DNA from: a virus
Reading direction: 5' to 3' (one strand)
Virus record (IMG/VR): IMGVR_UViG_3300031951_000028
DNA length: 64,000 bases
The notes under the pieces are model-generated. The model saw nothing but the letters and a program-made list of their open reading frames with translations. It ran no database searches and was not told the DNA's origin. Positions 49,167-58,914 of the stretch are shown here, piece after piece. Within the stretch, counting starts at the first letter, position 1. The number at the start of each line of letters is the position of its first letter. The translations under genes were made by a program, and so were the position numbers.

Positions 49167-49967
49167 TCAAGGTATCATAAATATAAATTTAATAGTTGAT
49201 GCTATTTTACTATAAAGCTCTGGGAAAAGTCTCGCAAATACCGCTCTAATTAACGCCAAACCTAACAGTATACCTATAATTACACCAAATATTTTAAGCG
49301 CAATATAGAAGATTCCATTTATAATTTTATGGATCCAATTAGCTAACGCCTCTAATGGGCGCAGTCTTAAATCGACAGAATTAAGCCTTTCTTCTATATT
49401 TTTTTGCCTTGCATCTATCCGTTCAACAATTATGTCTATTAAACGTCTACGCTCTCTTTCTTGATTTATTTGCTCTATTAAATTAGGTAATAAATTTAAT
49501 CTATCATTTATATCTTTTAAAGAAGCAAGTCTATCATCAAAAAGCTGCCTAATTTTATCTAAAACACGTGCTCTCTCAAGCTCATTTTTATTAAATAATT
49601 CATCAACTTTATTAGATACTTCTTCAACTAAATTTCTAATAGGTTGAAAATCTGGCTTAAGCTCTAAATTACTTAATATCTTCTTTAACTCTTCAATTTG
49701 ATTTCTTAAAGGTTGAAAGTTATCTCTTTCAGTTAAACCTTGAAGTCTTTCGTCTATCTCTATAATTCTAGAAGAGATTAAACCTAATAGGGCGCGTTGT
49801 GTTTTAGACTCTTGCCTGATACTTTCTAATATCTTATCAAACAACCCATCTTGAATATTCTCATCTTGAGTAACTACTGGTGACGGAACTGGTAGTGGAG
49901 GAAATTCATCTTGCACTAAAGCTGTAGAAACTAAAATTCCAAATGCTACAAAAAATTCGCTAATCAT
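49167..49967 (-). CDS. exported coiled-coil protein with C-terminal membrane helix
   Basis: Hydrophobic N-terminus, Pro-rich linker, heptad pattern with FQPLRN/FQPIRN repeat, C-terminal TM. Confidence 0.7.
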   Translation of the reverse strand: MISEFFVAFGILVSTALVQDEFPPLPVPSPVVTQDENIQDGLFDKILESIRQESKTQRALLGLISSRIIEIDERLQGLTERDNFQPLRNQIEELKKILSNLELKPDFQPIRNLVEEVSNKVDELFNKNELERARVLDKIRQLFDDRLASLKDINDRLNLLPNLIEQINQERERRRLIDIIVERIDARQKNIEERLNSVDLRLRPLEALANWIHKIINGIFYIALKIFGVIIGILLGLALIRAVFARLFPELYSKIASTIKFIFMIP

Positions 49968-50352
49968 TAAAAAAACCTTCTAAATCAGAATTGTTCCAAA
50001 ACGTTCTGACTCCTTTCCCATTCTTATCTACTTTATATTTAAATAATTTAGGTATAGATTTATCTGTACCTTCTAGTAGTTTTTTCCTTAATGCTTCTTC
50101 TTTATCGTAATCTACTAAGACGACGCTTTTTCCTTTAGGGAATATAGTCTTCTTTAACTGTTCTTTTAATCTTTGGCATGGAGGACACCAATCTGCACTA
50201 ACTAATATATAGTATGTACCTTCTTTAAAACTATTTTTTGAGTATGATTCTTTTATAAAATCATTATAGTTTTTAAAGCCGCCAATTTTCTCTTGAGTAA
50301 AGCCTAGACAAGGCAATAAACAAAATAAAAGAACAGTTAAATACCTTACCAT
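49960..50352 (-). CDS. exported thioredoxin-like protein
   Basis: Signal-peptide-like N-terminus; ADWCPPCQRL; cis-Pro SIP motif. Confidence 0.85.
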   Translation of the reverse strand: MVRYLTVLLFCLLPCLGFTQEKIGGFKNYNDFIKESYSKNSFKEGTYYILVSADWCPPCQRLKEQLKKTIFPKGKSVVLVDYDKEEALRKKLLEGTDKSIPKLFKYKVDKNGKGVRTFWNNSDLEGFFND

Positions 50353-51269
50353 AGATTATTATTAATCTCCTGAGCTGGATAGCCTTTAAAATTAGATAAA
50401 GCGTATGAATCTTGCTGCTTAAGCATTCTATCTGCTGCATCAGCATCTACCCAGAACGAGCCTTCTGGTTGATTATGGCGTTTAGGGCCATCGATCCAAT
50501 TTTCACCCCATGAATTAATACAAAGCAAACCTGGGCGTTTATACTCATCATCAACACTAGAGAATAACATACAATGGGCCCATCTACCTTGTGGTCTAGC
50601 AAAACCTTCTGAATCGCGCTTCATAGTGAAGCCTTGATTTGAGCAAACTACAACTGGATAACCATTAGCGATTGCATCACGCGCCTCTTCATACGAAGTA
50701 ACAAGAGCGGTAGTTTGGATTGGATGCTCATCAGCTGTTGGCTCCAACTCATAAGGTAATTCATTAAAACCCCAAGCCTTAGCTACTTTACCAGAATAGT
50801 TAGTTAAATCATATTTATCATATTTTTTTCTCAATAGAGTTCCGTTGTCTTTAACTGCTTTTTGAGCCCAAGAACCTAAAGAACCATCCATATTCCTTAA
50901 TCTACCTTGACCTTGAATAACTCTACTAGTACCATAAATCCATTCTGTTGCAGTTAATACTCCTGGCCATTTTTCTGATTCTTTACGAAGTAAAATTTCA
51001 ACAGCCATTAATACTTCAATGCCTTTAGCATAACCATGGCTTACACAATCGCCAATAGTTTGAGTATTAATAGGAAAAGTTCCATTCCACAACTTTGTTA
51101 AAGCTTCATGTAATAATACTATTTTCTTCTCGCCTGTGCCACTTAAATTCCAAGCCGTGCTGCCGAAAAGTTTTGAAAAACTTAAAATCTCATCATGAGC
51201 TTTCGCTACACTATAATCTCTTTCTTCAGGAGCAATCCAACCAAATTCTTGACTCATTTCAATAACCAT
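50346..51269 (-). CDS. papain-like (C1) cysteine peptidase
   Basis: QTIGDCVSHG (Gln/Cys), WAHCM (His), INSWGENW (Asn); true start may be ATG 51257. Confidence 0.85.
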   Translation of the reverse strand: MVIEMSQEFGWIAPEERDYSVAKAHDEILSFSKLFGSTAWNLSGTGEKKIVLLHEALTKLWNGTFPINTQTIGDCVSHGYAKGIEVLMAVEILLRKESEKWPGVLTATEWIYGTSRVIQGQGRLRNMDGSLGSWAQKAVKDNGTLLRKKYDKYDLTNYSGKVAKAWGFNELPYELEPTADEHPIQTTALVTSYEEARDAIANGYPVVVCSNQGFTMKRDSEGFARPQGRWAHCMLFSSVDDEYKRPGLLCINSWGENWIDGPKRHNQPEGSFWVDADAADRMLKQQDSYALSNFKGYPAQEINNNLW

Positions 51270-51792
51270 CTCTTTCTTCAGACATTCTCTTTACTTTTAT
51301 TCCAAACTTATCTAATATACTTTCTAATTTCGCCCATGCATTAAAATAATCTAATATAGGATTTAATATATTACTTAATACACAATAACATTTATTATAT
51401 GGAGGTTTGTGATGCTTAGCGTGTTGATATTTTGTTTGTACTATAGCTGCTTCTTGTAAATAAGTAATAAAAATATTGTTTTGACTTCTATGATTCCAAG
51501 CATGAACTTCGTTGCCCATAGAAGTAAAAAAACCAATTAATACCACCCAATATAAATCGATACCTAAAATTAATAAGAAAGGAGCTAAACAAACAGTTAA
51601 AAGAATAGGGACTAAATTCCTTGTTAGAAAAGTACCCATTCTACCCATTAAGCCAGGTTGTTTGTGATGTTCAATATTATGAACGCCTATACCAAACGGC
51701 CAATCTTTTGTAGCATAGGCATCTTCAATCCAATGAAAGAGCCCAGTAAAAAAATCAGCTATTAAAAAACACGCTAAGATTTCACCAATCAT
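51259..51792 (-). CDS. CarF/TMEM189 (PEDS1)/FAD4-family lipid desaturase
   Basis: ADFFTGLFHWIEDAY, HNIEHH, NEVHAWNH, HAKHH, YCVLSNILNPILD with hydrophobic segments. Confidence 0.85.
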   Translation of the reverse strand: MIGEILACFLIADFFTGLFHWIEDAYATKDWPFGIGVHNIEHHKQPGLMGRMGTFLTRNLVPILLTVCLAPFLLILGIDLYWVVLIGFFTSMGNEVHAWNHRSQNNIFITYLQEAAIVQTKYQHAKHHKPPYNKCYCVLSNILNPILDYFNAWAKLESILDKFGIKVKRMSEERDGY

Positions 51793-52520
51793 TTAATTGC
51801 TTTTAAACCTTTCGCCACTTCCAAATAGGCTGCTATATATTCGTCCTTGTCTGGAGAAACTGTTTTCATTAAATCAACATATTTAGCATTAAAATTTGAC
51901 CATTTATTTCTAACTTCATCAGTCAATCTATCTTTTAATAAAGAAGATAATTCTGTGGCCATTTGTTGTGGAGACATATTTAAACCAGCGGCTCTAGAAG
52001 CAATAGTTTCAAAACATGTAGCTAACACTTTTGCTTCCGGGCCTTTATTATCTGATCTTACTTCTGTCGCAGCTTTATATATTTCTAAAGCCAGCCCGTC
52101 TAAATCTGGAGGATTTGGGTTTGGGTTAGGGTTAGGATTTGGGTCAGGTTCTGGACCAGGAGGCGTTGGATTAACAGTATCTCCAAGTATTTCTATATAA
52201 GAAAAAGTTTTATCAAGTTTTTCCCCATAGCTAGTAATTAATATCTTATACAAACCGGGGCGGCTTGTAAAAACATATTTACCATCTTGTAATGGGAGAC
52301 ATTCTACAGTTTCAGATTCTAAAACTTCAACATCGCGGCCAGATACTTTAATTTTATATACTCTATGTATACTGATATCTACAACTTTAGATGCTTCTAC
52401 TGGCTTATAATCAAAAACTATTAATTTATAGGCTTCGCTTTTTTCAGGCGAATCTATTTGAGCAAACACTAATGAACAACTTAAGAAAACAAATAATAAA
52501 CTTAATAATACCTTTTTCAT
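51789..52520 (-). CDS. exported protein with Pro-Asn repeat linker
   Basis: Signal peptide (..VFA|Q); PTPPGPEPDPNPNPNPNPNPP linker between two domains. Confidence 0.75.
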   Translation of the reverse strand: MKKVLLSLLFVFLSCSLVFAQIDSPEKSEAYKLIVFDYKPVEASKVVDISIHRVYKIKVSGRDVEVLESETVECLPLQDGKYVFTSRPGLYKILITSYGEKLDKTFSYIEILGDTVNPTPPGPEPDPNPNPNPNPNPPDLDGLALEIYKAATEVRSDNKGPEAKVLATCFETIASRAAGLNMSPQQMATELSSLLKDRLTDEVRNKWSNFNAKYVDLMKTVSPDKDEYIAAYLEVAKGLKAIK

Positions 52521-52521
52521 C

Positions 52522-53268
52522 TTATAACCCTGTCAATTCTTTAATAATCTTTAAACTTGGACCATTTGTAGGAGCGCCAATTAAAGCTCCATTTACTCTT
52601 TCATGCCTATTACTATAAGTCACAGTAGCAACTACGCTTATAATTTCACCTTTATCATTCAATATTGGACCGCCGCTATCACCTTGCATAGCAAAACCTA
52701 ATACGCAAGTACCTTTATCATCGCATATAGCTATTTTAGAACTAAAATGTCTAACTTTATCAGACCCGCCGCCAAAACCTAAAATCTGACAATCTCCATA
52801 TAAATTTGGCAAATCTTTAGCTATCTTTAAAGGTTGTATATCATCAGGTATACATGCCTTAACTAATGCTGCGTCATTTTTATGTCCTGAAACTTCATAC
52901 ATCTCATCATATAATTTGATCTTAACAGCATTCTCGCTTTTCTTACCATTATAAAAATTGATATCCATTAAATCGCAATCTGCTACATGGGCAGCAGTTA
53001 ATATTCGACCGTAATACCAGCCTTTTGGACAACCTTCTTGATTTTCTTCTTTAAAAATAACTGATCCAGAACCTAAACCTATAAAATCGCCTTTTGGATT
53101 AGCTTCTGTTTTTTTTCTACAAGTAATCTTTACAACTGATTTTTTAATTTCAGATTCTTCTATAAAACGCCATATTTCAGGCCTGTCGATACCTACTTGA
53201 GAAAAAAGAGAGGGTGTGTTAAAAAGAAAATAAACAGAAATGAAAATAGAAAATAATAATTTCTTCAT
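52522..53268 (-). CDS. exported trypsin-like (S1) serine protease
   Basis: Signal-like N-terminus; LTAAHV, DAAL, GDSGGP triad motifs. Confidence 0.92.
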   Translation of the reverse strand: MKKLLFSIFISVYFLFNTPSLFSQVGIDRPEIWRFIEESEIKKSVVKITCRKKTEANPKGDFIGLGSGSVIFKEENQEGCPKGWYYGRILTAAHVADCDLMDINFYNGKKSENAVKIKLYDEMYEVSGHKNDAALVKACIPDDIQPLKIAKDLPNLYGDCQILGFGGGSDKVRHFSSKIAICDDKGTCVLGFAMQGDSGGPILNDKGEIISVVATVTYSNRHERVNGALIGAPTNGPSLKIIKELTGL

Positions 53269-53319
53269 GACACACCTCTTAGATGGTTATGGCGGAAGCG
53301 AAATTTTCATAAAAACACT

Positions 53320-53829
53320 CTATTCTACAGGTCTTATAACAAATTTAACAGTCCTATCAGCGGTTTGATTTGAACTCGTGACGAGTTTTATAAACGAAGC
53401 TCCGCTAAAAACTTCAGGATCTACTGGAACATAACATCCTGTAGAAATAGTAATCGAATAATTCGAAGCGCCGCCTACGCTTTTTATTGTATTAAATGTG
53501 CCACTTGATTCATCTGAGCTGGTAAAAGTGCCAGAATTAGATGAAAAAGTGTTTGGAAAATACAAACCTACTAACTGAGATTTGTCATCTTTCCAAAAGC
53601 CACAGTCAATAACTGAACTTGTATTAGAGCCGCTATCAATAGAGCCTTCTACTATTTGATAGCTAGATAAATCAAACTCGGCGCGACTTGTCCCATCCAC
53701 ATCAAATTCAAAATTTGATTGTTTCACGCCATTTAAACTTGTTATATAATATATATCATTAACATCAGCATCTGGCTTTAATGTATAGATATACTTTTTA
53801 TTTGGATCGCTAGGTTGTAATACGGCCAT
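53320..53829 (-). CDS. hypothetical protein, possibly structural
   Basis: GAGG RBS; Ser/Gly-rich; preceded by promoter motif. Confidence 0.6.
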   Translation of the reverse strand: MAVLQPSDPNKKYIYTLKPDADVNDIYYITSLNGVKQSNFEFDVDGTSRAEFDLSSYQIVEGSIDSGSNTSSVIDCGFWKDDKSQLVGLYFPNTFSSNSGTFTSSDESSGTFNTIKSVGGASNYSITISTGCYVPVDPEVFSGASFIKLVTSSNQTADRTVKFVIRPVE

Positions 53830-53861
53830 TTTTTACCTCTTTTTATATAAAAAAATCTATA

Positions 53862-53872
53862 TATTATACACC
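53862..53872 (-). promoter_or_regulatory. candidate late promoter GGTGTATAATA
   Basis: Identical 11-mer to 46575; ~32 nt upstream of ATG 53829; overlaps upstream gene's stop. Confidence 0.65.
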
Positions 53873-55489
53873 GTTATTTACTATAGTAGATAAGTAATTC
53901 TTAATATCGCCATTTGGCATATGATATACATCAAATATTTCTGGTTTATCCTTATAAATACCCGCAAAAATAGCCTCTTCTGTACCTATATATCCCATAC
54001 TTAAAGCTTTATCTAAAAAGTCATAAAAATAAGTATTTAATTCATTGATTGCATCTAACCCCCCTCCAAAAATACTAGCTCTTAATACTTTTAATGGAGT
54101 CGACTTGCAAAGTTTTTTGTACCCATCTTTTGAAAATCCATGAATTTCTGTGTATATGGGATAAGGATAAGATGCTATAAATAAATTATCTGTTTGTATT
54201 TTATTAAAGTCTACATCTTTTATAAAATTTATATTATAACTATTACATATACCAGAATCTATCCAAAAATATCTTTTTCCTTGAAAACAATACTTACTAT
54301 TATATACCGCATATTTTAAAAATTCTATTTTATGCAAGGTTAAAGATATATAGTCTGGATTAGTTATAACGCTATCATACATCCAACTAGATTGAGTTTT
54401 CCATTCTTTTGTATTTGTTATCTCAACAATCTTATTATGATAATACATTCTTCTTATATCATTTAAAGACCTAAAATGTACTATTGCTTTTTTTCCGCCA
54501 GTCATTGCGCTTATTTTTTCATAATATTTTTCATCAGCAAAAATAACAAGCGGAACGTTTGCCTCTAATAATTTCTGTAAACCATTTATATAATGATCTT
54601 CAAAACTTCTATTGTCTATTTTATCTCTATTAATATCTATTAAAGCAGTAACTAAAACATTTTCATATTCTGTATGATCTTTATCAGTGTTTCTAACTTG
54701 TAAAGCTAATTCATCATATTTATAATAATCTACCCAAGGTAAAGTTCTATTATTAGATAACTCTTTTGGAAAAAGTGTTTCTGGCGTAGTAATTTCATTT
54801 GGCCTTTTATTAACCATTATACTTTCATTATCGCCAGTATGTATCACACATTTTTTATTTAAATAAACACCTTTAAAACCAAGCCCAAAAAACTTCCTAT
54901 CTATATTCCATTCATTATAATATTTTTCTACACGCCCTAATAATATTAAATCTTCTCTTCTTTTAAGATTAGGACTCCCTTGCCAAATAAACCAATGAAA
55001 ATGATTTTTAGTTATACGCCAAGGCTTCTTATAATAAAAACTATTATCTATTAATTGATCTTCATAAGAATCAATACATTCTTCTTGAAAAGTTCTCCAA
55101 GAAATATCTATAGATCCTATATCTCTATATTTTTCTAAAATATCTTTTGATAGAGATAAATATCCTGTATCTATAAAATGCCAATCTTCTTCTAGATAAA
55201 AAATGTATTTGGTAGAGCAAAAAGATGTCATAAAATCTTGTGCCCACCAAAGACCGCGATTTTCTGGAAAGCAAATTATATCTGCTATTTCCCCGTATTT
55301 TTCGACTAATTTTTCAAAAACACCATCTATAGCGCTATCATCTACTATAACTATTTTTGTTATAATATCTCTAGTCCTAAGAAAAGACTCCATCGTTTTT
55401 TCTAACAAATGGAGTCTATTGCAACTTAAGACATATGTAGTGATTTCACTCTCTGGTTGATCAATAGTATGTATTTTAATTTTAGACAC
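53864..55489 (-). CDS. GT2-like + HtrL/WlaTC-like double glycosyltransferase
   Basis: N: LSCNR, IVDDS, YLEEDW; C: LVTALIDINR, YFWIDSG, IFGG, GTEE. Confidence 0.75.
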   Translation of the reverse strand: MSKIKIHTIDQPESEITTYVLSCNRLHLLEKTMESFLRTRDIITKIVIVDDSAIDGVFEKLVEKYGEIADIICFPENRGLWWAQDFMTSFCSTKYIFYLEEDWHFIDTGYLSLSKDILEKYRDIGSIDISWRTFQEECIDSYEDQLIDNSFYYKKPWRITKNHFHWFIWQGSPNLKRREDLILLGRVEKYYNEWNIDRKFFGLGFKGVYLNKKCVIHTGDNESIMVNKRPNEITTPETLFPKELSNNRTLPWVDYYKYDELALQVRNTDKDHTEYENVLVTALIDINRDKIDNRSFEDHYINGLQKLLEANVPLVIFADEKYYEKISAMTGGKKAIVHFRSLNDIRRMYYHNKIVEITNTKEWKTQSSWMYDSVITNPDYISLTLHKIEFLKYAVYNSKYCFQGKRYFWIDSGICNSYNINFIKDVDFNKIQTDNLFIASYPYPIYTEIHGFSKDGYKKLCKSTPLKVLRASIFGGGLDAINELNTYFYDFLDKALSMGYIGTEEAIFAGIYKDKPEIFDVYHMPNGDIKNYLSTIVNNGV

Positions 55490-57107
55490 GTTTTAACACC
55501 ATTAAATTATTAACAAACCAACCCATATAATATCCTTGAGTAACATGATTAATAATAGAATTTTCTATATCATAATCTCTCTCAAAACCTTCTTTTTTAA
55601 ATTTCTCTTGCCAGTATTCTTTAGGTTGACAATTAATATGGCCTGTTCCACCTTGCCCAGGTTTTGCGGCAGTCCATATGACTACACCACCACTAGCAAC
55701 ATTTTTACAAACTGTTTTAACAACATTATCAGATAATTTTTCATGTATATGTTCAGCAACTTCTAAGCACATAACAATATTTCCAAGATCATTAACTGAA
55801 AATAGATCTGCGTGTATTAAATTTGGCTTTCCTTTTACTTTAGGATCTATATCATAACCTATTGCGTTAAAATCTTGATCTCTTAAAGCGTTAACATAAG
55901 TCCCTAAACCACAACCTAGATCAATAATTTTAGCATCTGGAATTGCGTGTTGTTTTATCCAAACAGCTAAATTTTCTGCAAAAGGTTTTTCTTCTTTATC
56001 TATTTGTTCTAAATCACAGTTTTCACTAATCTGATACCACCCATTTCCAGTGTAAACATTCATTATATCGTTAAAATATTTTTCATATTTTGGCGCTATG
56101 TTTTCTAAAGAAAATTTCTCCCCTTGTTTTCTGCAGTCGGCAGGATTAATTTTATCTATATTAAGTGCGGCATTTACAAAATCTTCAAATGTTCTACATC
56201 TATAGCCAGTAACTCCTTCTATATTATTCTCGCTGAAGGCTCCCCAGTCTGTTGTAATAGTTGGGGTTCCGCATAATAAATTCTCTATTTGGACTCCGCC
56301 AAATGGCTCTACATACATACTAGGTAAAAAACTACCTTTAGCATTTTTCATTAATTCTTTTCTTTTATTTATATCTGCATAACCAACATATTCACAATGA
56401 GGTGGTAAATAATAACCCTCTTCTTTTTGTCCAGCTATAATAAGTTTTGCGCCTATTTTTTCTGTAACTTGAATAGCTATATTTACGCCTTTACCATCAT
56501 AAACTCTTCCTAAATAAAGAAAATAATCTTGTTTTTTATCTGAATACTCAAATTCGTCTAAATCAAAATAATTAGGAATAACTACATCATACCAACTCTG
56601 TCTGCATTCTCCAACATTTTTAAGGCCGCAATAAGCATGATAGATCGCATAAGACTCAAAAACTTTCCAGTTGGCCCAATGGCCTGCTGCATAACCTATC
56701 CCAGGTTCTACACAAATTAAGTCCGAATGAGCATCGCATATTGGCTTAACACCTTGACCCCAAAAAGGTAAAATAAAATCTAGTGGTTGTTTTCTTTTTT
56801 CTATTTCTAAAATAGCGTTTTTATAGAAAGTTTGATAAGCATGATCCATGGTATCAAATTTAAAGAAATTTTTCCGCCAATCATAACTTCCATAAGCTAT
56901 TTCTAAATCTTTGTTAGTAGTTACAGTTACATGCTCATCACAAATCAGATTAGATTCCTCATGGCCATAATGTATTATATGATGACCACGGGCCTTCATC
57001 ATTTTACCAAATTTTAAAACCTTCTGAGTGTATGCACAAGCGGAATATTCTGGATTTGTAACTGTGTGTGGCAAACCCAATATGTGAAAACGAAATTTTT
57101 TACTCAT
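55482..57107 (-). CDS. GT4 glycosyltransferase fused to SAM methyltransferase
   Basis: YLGR..KG, EPFGGVQIE, TDWGAF; IDLGCGLG, CLEVAEH, GQGGTGHIN. Confidence 0.88.
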   Translation of the reverse strand: MSKKFRFHILGLPHTVTNPEYSACAYTQKVLKFGKMMKARGHHIIHYGHEESNLICDEHVTVTTNKDLEIAYGSYDWRKNFFKFDTMDHAYQTFYKNAILEIEKRKQPLDFILPFWGQGVKPICDAHSDLICVEPGIGYAAGHWANWKVFESYAIYHAYCGLKNVGECRQSWYDVVIPNYFDLDEFEYSDKKQDYFLYLGRVYDGKGVNIAIQVTEKIGAKLIIAGQKEEGYYLPPHCEYVGYADINKRKELMKNAKGSFLPSMYVEPFGGVQIENLLCGTPTITTDWGAFSENNIEGVTGYRCRTFEDFVNAALNIDKINPADCRKQGEKFSLENIAPKYEKYFNDIMNVYTGNGWYQISENCDLEQIDKEEKPFAENLAVWIKQHAIPDAKIIDLGCGLGTYVNALRDQDFNAIGYDIDPKVKGKPNLIHADLFSVNDLGNIVMCLEVAEHIHEKLSDNVVKTVCKNVASGGVVIWTAAKPGQGGTGHINCQPKEYWQEKFKKEGFERDYDIENSIINHVTQGYYMGWFVNNLMVLKRV

Positions 57108-57128
57108 CGCGCGTCCTTAAAATTAGCA

Positions 57129-57482
57129 TTATTTAGGTGTAGCTGTCTCTAAACTTCCATCTTGATTCCAAGTAAAATCATATGGAGGAAGTAATCTATT
57201 TAAATCTACTAAATTTTCTTTACCTACTGCTTGAGCAACTGAATATAACATTTGTACTCTAGCCCATGCTACAGCCATAACAGTATAAGCGCTAGGGCCT
57301 AAAGCTGTTAATATATCTAAACCGCTAGGTCCACCTTGAGCTTCTAGCCCCCAAAAAGAATTAAAATCATTATATGCTGTATTTAACATACGATCAAAAG
57401 TATTATTGGCAGAAAAAATAATTTTAGCAGCTACTTGCTGTGCTGTTGGGGCATTACTAACTGATGCATTATCAAATAACAT
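57129..57482 (-). CDS. hypothetical protein
   Basis: Coupled ORF. Confidence 0.6.
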   Translation of the reverse strand: MLFDNASVSNAPTAQQVAAKIIFSANNTFDRMLNTAYNDFNSFWGLEAQGGPSGLDILTALGPSAYTVMAVAWARVQMLYSVAQAVGKENLVDLNRLLPPYDFTWNQDGSLETATPK

Positions 57483-57484
57483 TA

Positions 57485-58297
57485 TTATACCTCATAATTA
57501 AAAACGTCAAAATACCATCTATTGCTATTAACTATAAAACTTGAATCTTCATAAATATCTTCCCAGTCTCGCGGTTTTACTGATTTTAGTACTGGTTTTA
57601 TTGAATGGTCCCCAAAAGGGCCAAAATATTTACTATCTTCATAAACTTGTTTCTTTATATTATTAAAATCATGCTGAAAATATTCTATTTGCAAATAACA
57701 ATAAATCTTGTTCATTGTTTCGTCTGGCTTATTACATAAATCCTCATACTTAACAAATAATATATTTTTATCAATCTTCCTTTGAAAAGTATCAATAGTT
57801 CTTTGTAAAGCTAAACCGATAGGTTGTGTTGATAGCCAGTGCTCTACTCTTTGAACAACAGTCATATTTTTAATAGCTGCTGGATTATCGGGCCCTACTG
57901 GATTATGTCTATTTATACGATAAATTCTTTCAAAAGAAGCTAAAATACTTCTTAAATCTCTAACCATACATATCATTTTTGGCGCCATATTCCATTGATC
58001 AACCCATTCATAATAGTGAGTCCAGCCCCTATTTTTATCAATAATATAAGGCCTATTAGTGATTGCGCTATAATATGAGTGGGCCATCCCATGGCACATA
58101 TTAATAAAAGCTGCAGCCATAGTATGCGGCTCTTGAGACATTACTTCTGGCAAGTTATAATTAGATCTTGCGCCGTATTGATACTCAAGTAATGGAGATG
58201 TAGAAGATGCGTAAATTAGTGGATTTTGATGAAGAATAACTTGTAAAAGTTCGCTTCCGCTTCTAGGCATCGAAGAATTAAAAAACAATCTTTGCAT
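57485..58297 (-). CDS. PAPS-dependent sulfotransferase
   Basis: 5'-PSB SMPRSGSELL, DKNR, 3'-PB VRDLRSILASF, KYEDL. Confidence 0.88.
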   Translation of the reverse strand: MQRLFFNSSMPRSGSELLQVILHQNPLIYASSTSPLLEYQYGARSNYNLPEVMSQEPHTMAAAFINMCHGMAHSYYSAITNRPYIIDKNRGWTHYYEWVDQWNMAPKMICMVRDLRSILASFERIYRINRHNPVGPDNPAAIKNMTVVQRVEHWLSTQPIGLALQRTIDTFQRKIDKNILFVKYEDLCNKPDETMNKIYCYLQIEYFQHDFNNIKKQVYEDSKYFGPFGDHSIKPVLKSVKPRDWEDIYEDSSFIVNSNRWYFDVFNYEV

Positions 58298-58327
58298 AAA
58301 AAATCCTTATAAAAGTCCTATTATAGA

Positions 58328-58335
58328 TATACACC
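58328..58335 (-). promoter_or_regulatory. candidate late promoter GGTGTATA
   Basis: Intergenic, ~30 nt upstream of sulfotransferase ATG; followed by TCTATAATAG. Confidence 0.6.
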
Positions 58336-58338
58336 AAA

Positions 58339-58914
58339 CTAATATTTGTCATAAAGATGTTTAGAAACTTTTTTGTAAAGCTCAAAATCTTTATAATAAT
58401 AATCTAAAATAAAGTTTATATGTTCTTGTTTTAATTTTACTTTTTTGTTAGATTTATTAAGATTATCTATTTTAGAGATACCTATAAAATTGGCCATTGT
58501 TTCTATTTGTTCTGGAAACTTAAATAAATGCGCTTCATTAGTTATTAGTTTAAATTGTTCCCTAAAATGCCCGTCTTCTCTAAGTCTTTTAGGTTTACTA
58601 TATATTGGAAAGTGATAATATTCATCATTTAATAAACACTTTACTGCTTCATCAATATTTATACCTGTTTCATTTATGGCTGAAGCAAATCTTTCTATTG
58701 GATCCCTGACTAAACATACTACTGGTTTATTAGGAATTTGAATTTTAGGGCATAGTAATATATATTTTGGCCCATGGAATACTGTAGAAGTATCATTTAT
58801 CTCTTTATCTATATCTGGATAAAAAGTATTTATTATAGCTTTAGCAAATGAAGTGCAACCAACTTTAGGATTAATGGCTACACAATAATTTGGCGTTTTA
58901 TAATAATATATCAT
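58339..58914 (-). CDS. sulfotransferase family 2 protein
   Basis: NPKVGCTS, VRDPIERFASA, HFREQ, Y.KDFELY. Confidence 0.8.
   Translation of the reverse strand: MIYYYKTPNYCVAINPKVGCTSFAKAIINTFYPDIDKEINDTSTVFHGPKYILLCPKIQIPNKPVVCLVRDPIERFASAINETGINIDEAVKCLLNDEYYHFPIYSKPKRLREDGHFREQFKLITNEAHLFKFPEQIETMANFIGISKIDNLNKSNKKVKLKQEHINFILDYYYKDFELYKKVSKHLYDKY

Noticed and set aside
53287-53310. 7-codon minus-strand mini-ORF (MKISLPP) upstream of the trypsin gene
   Set aside because: Too short to distinguish from chance; no supporting structure seen
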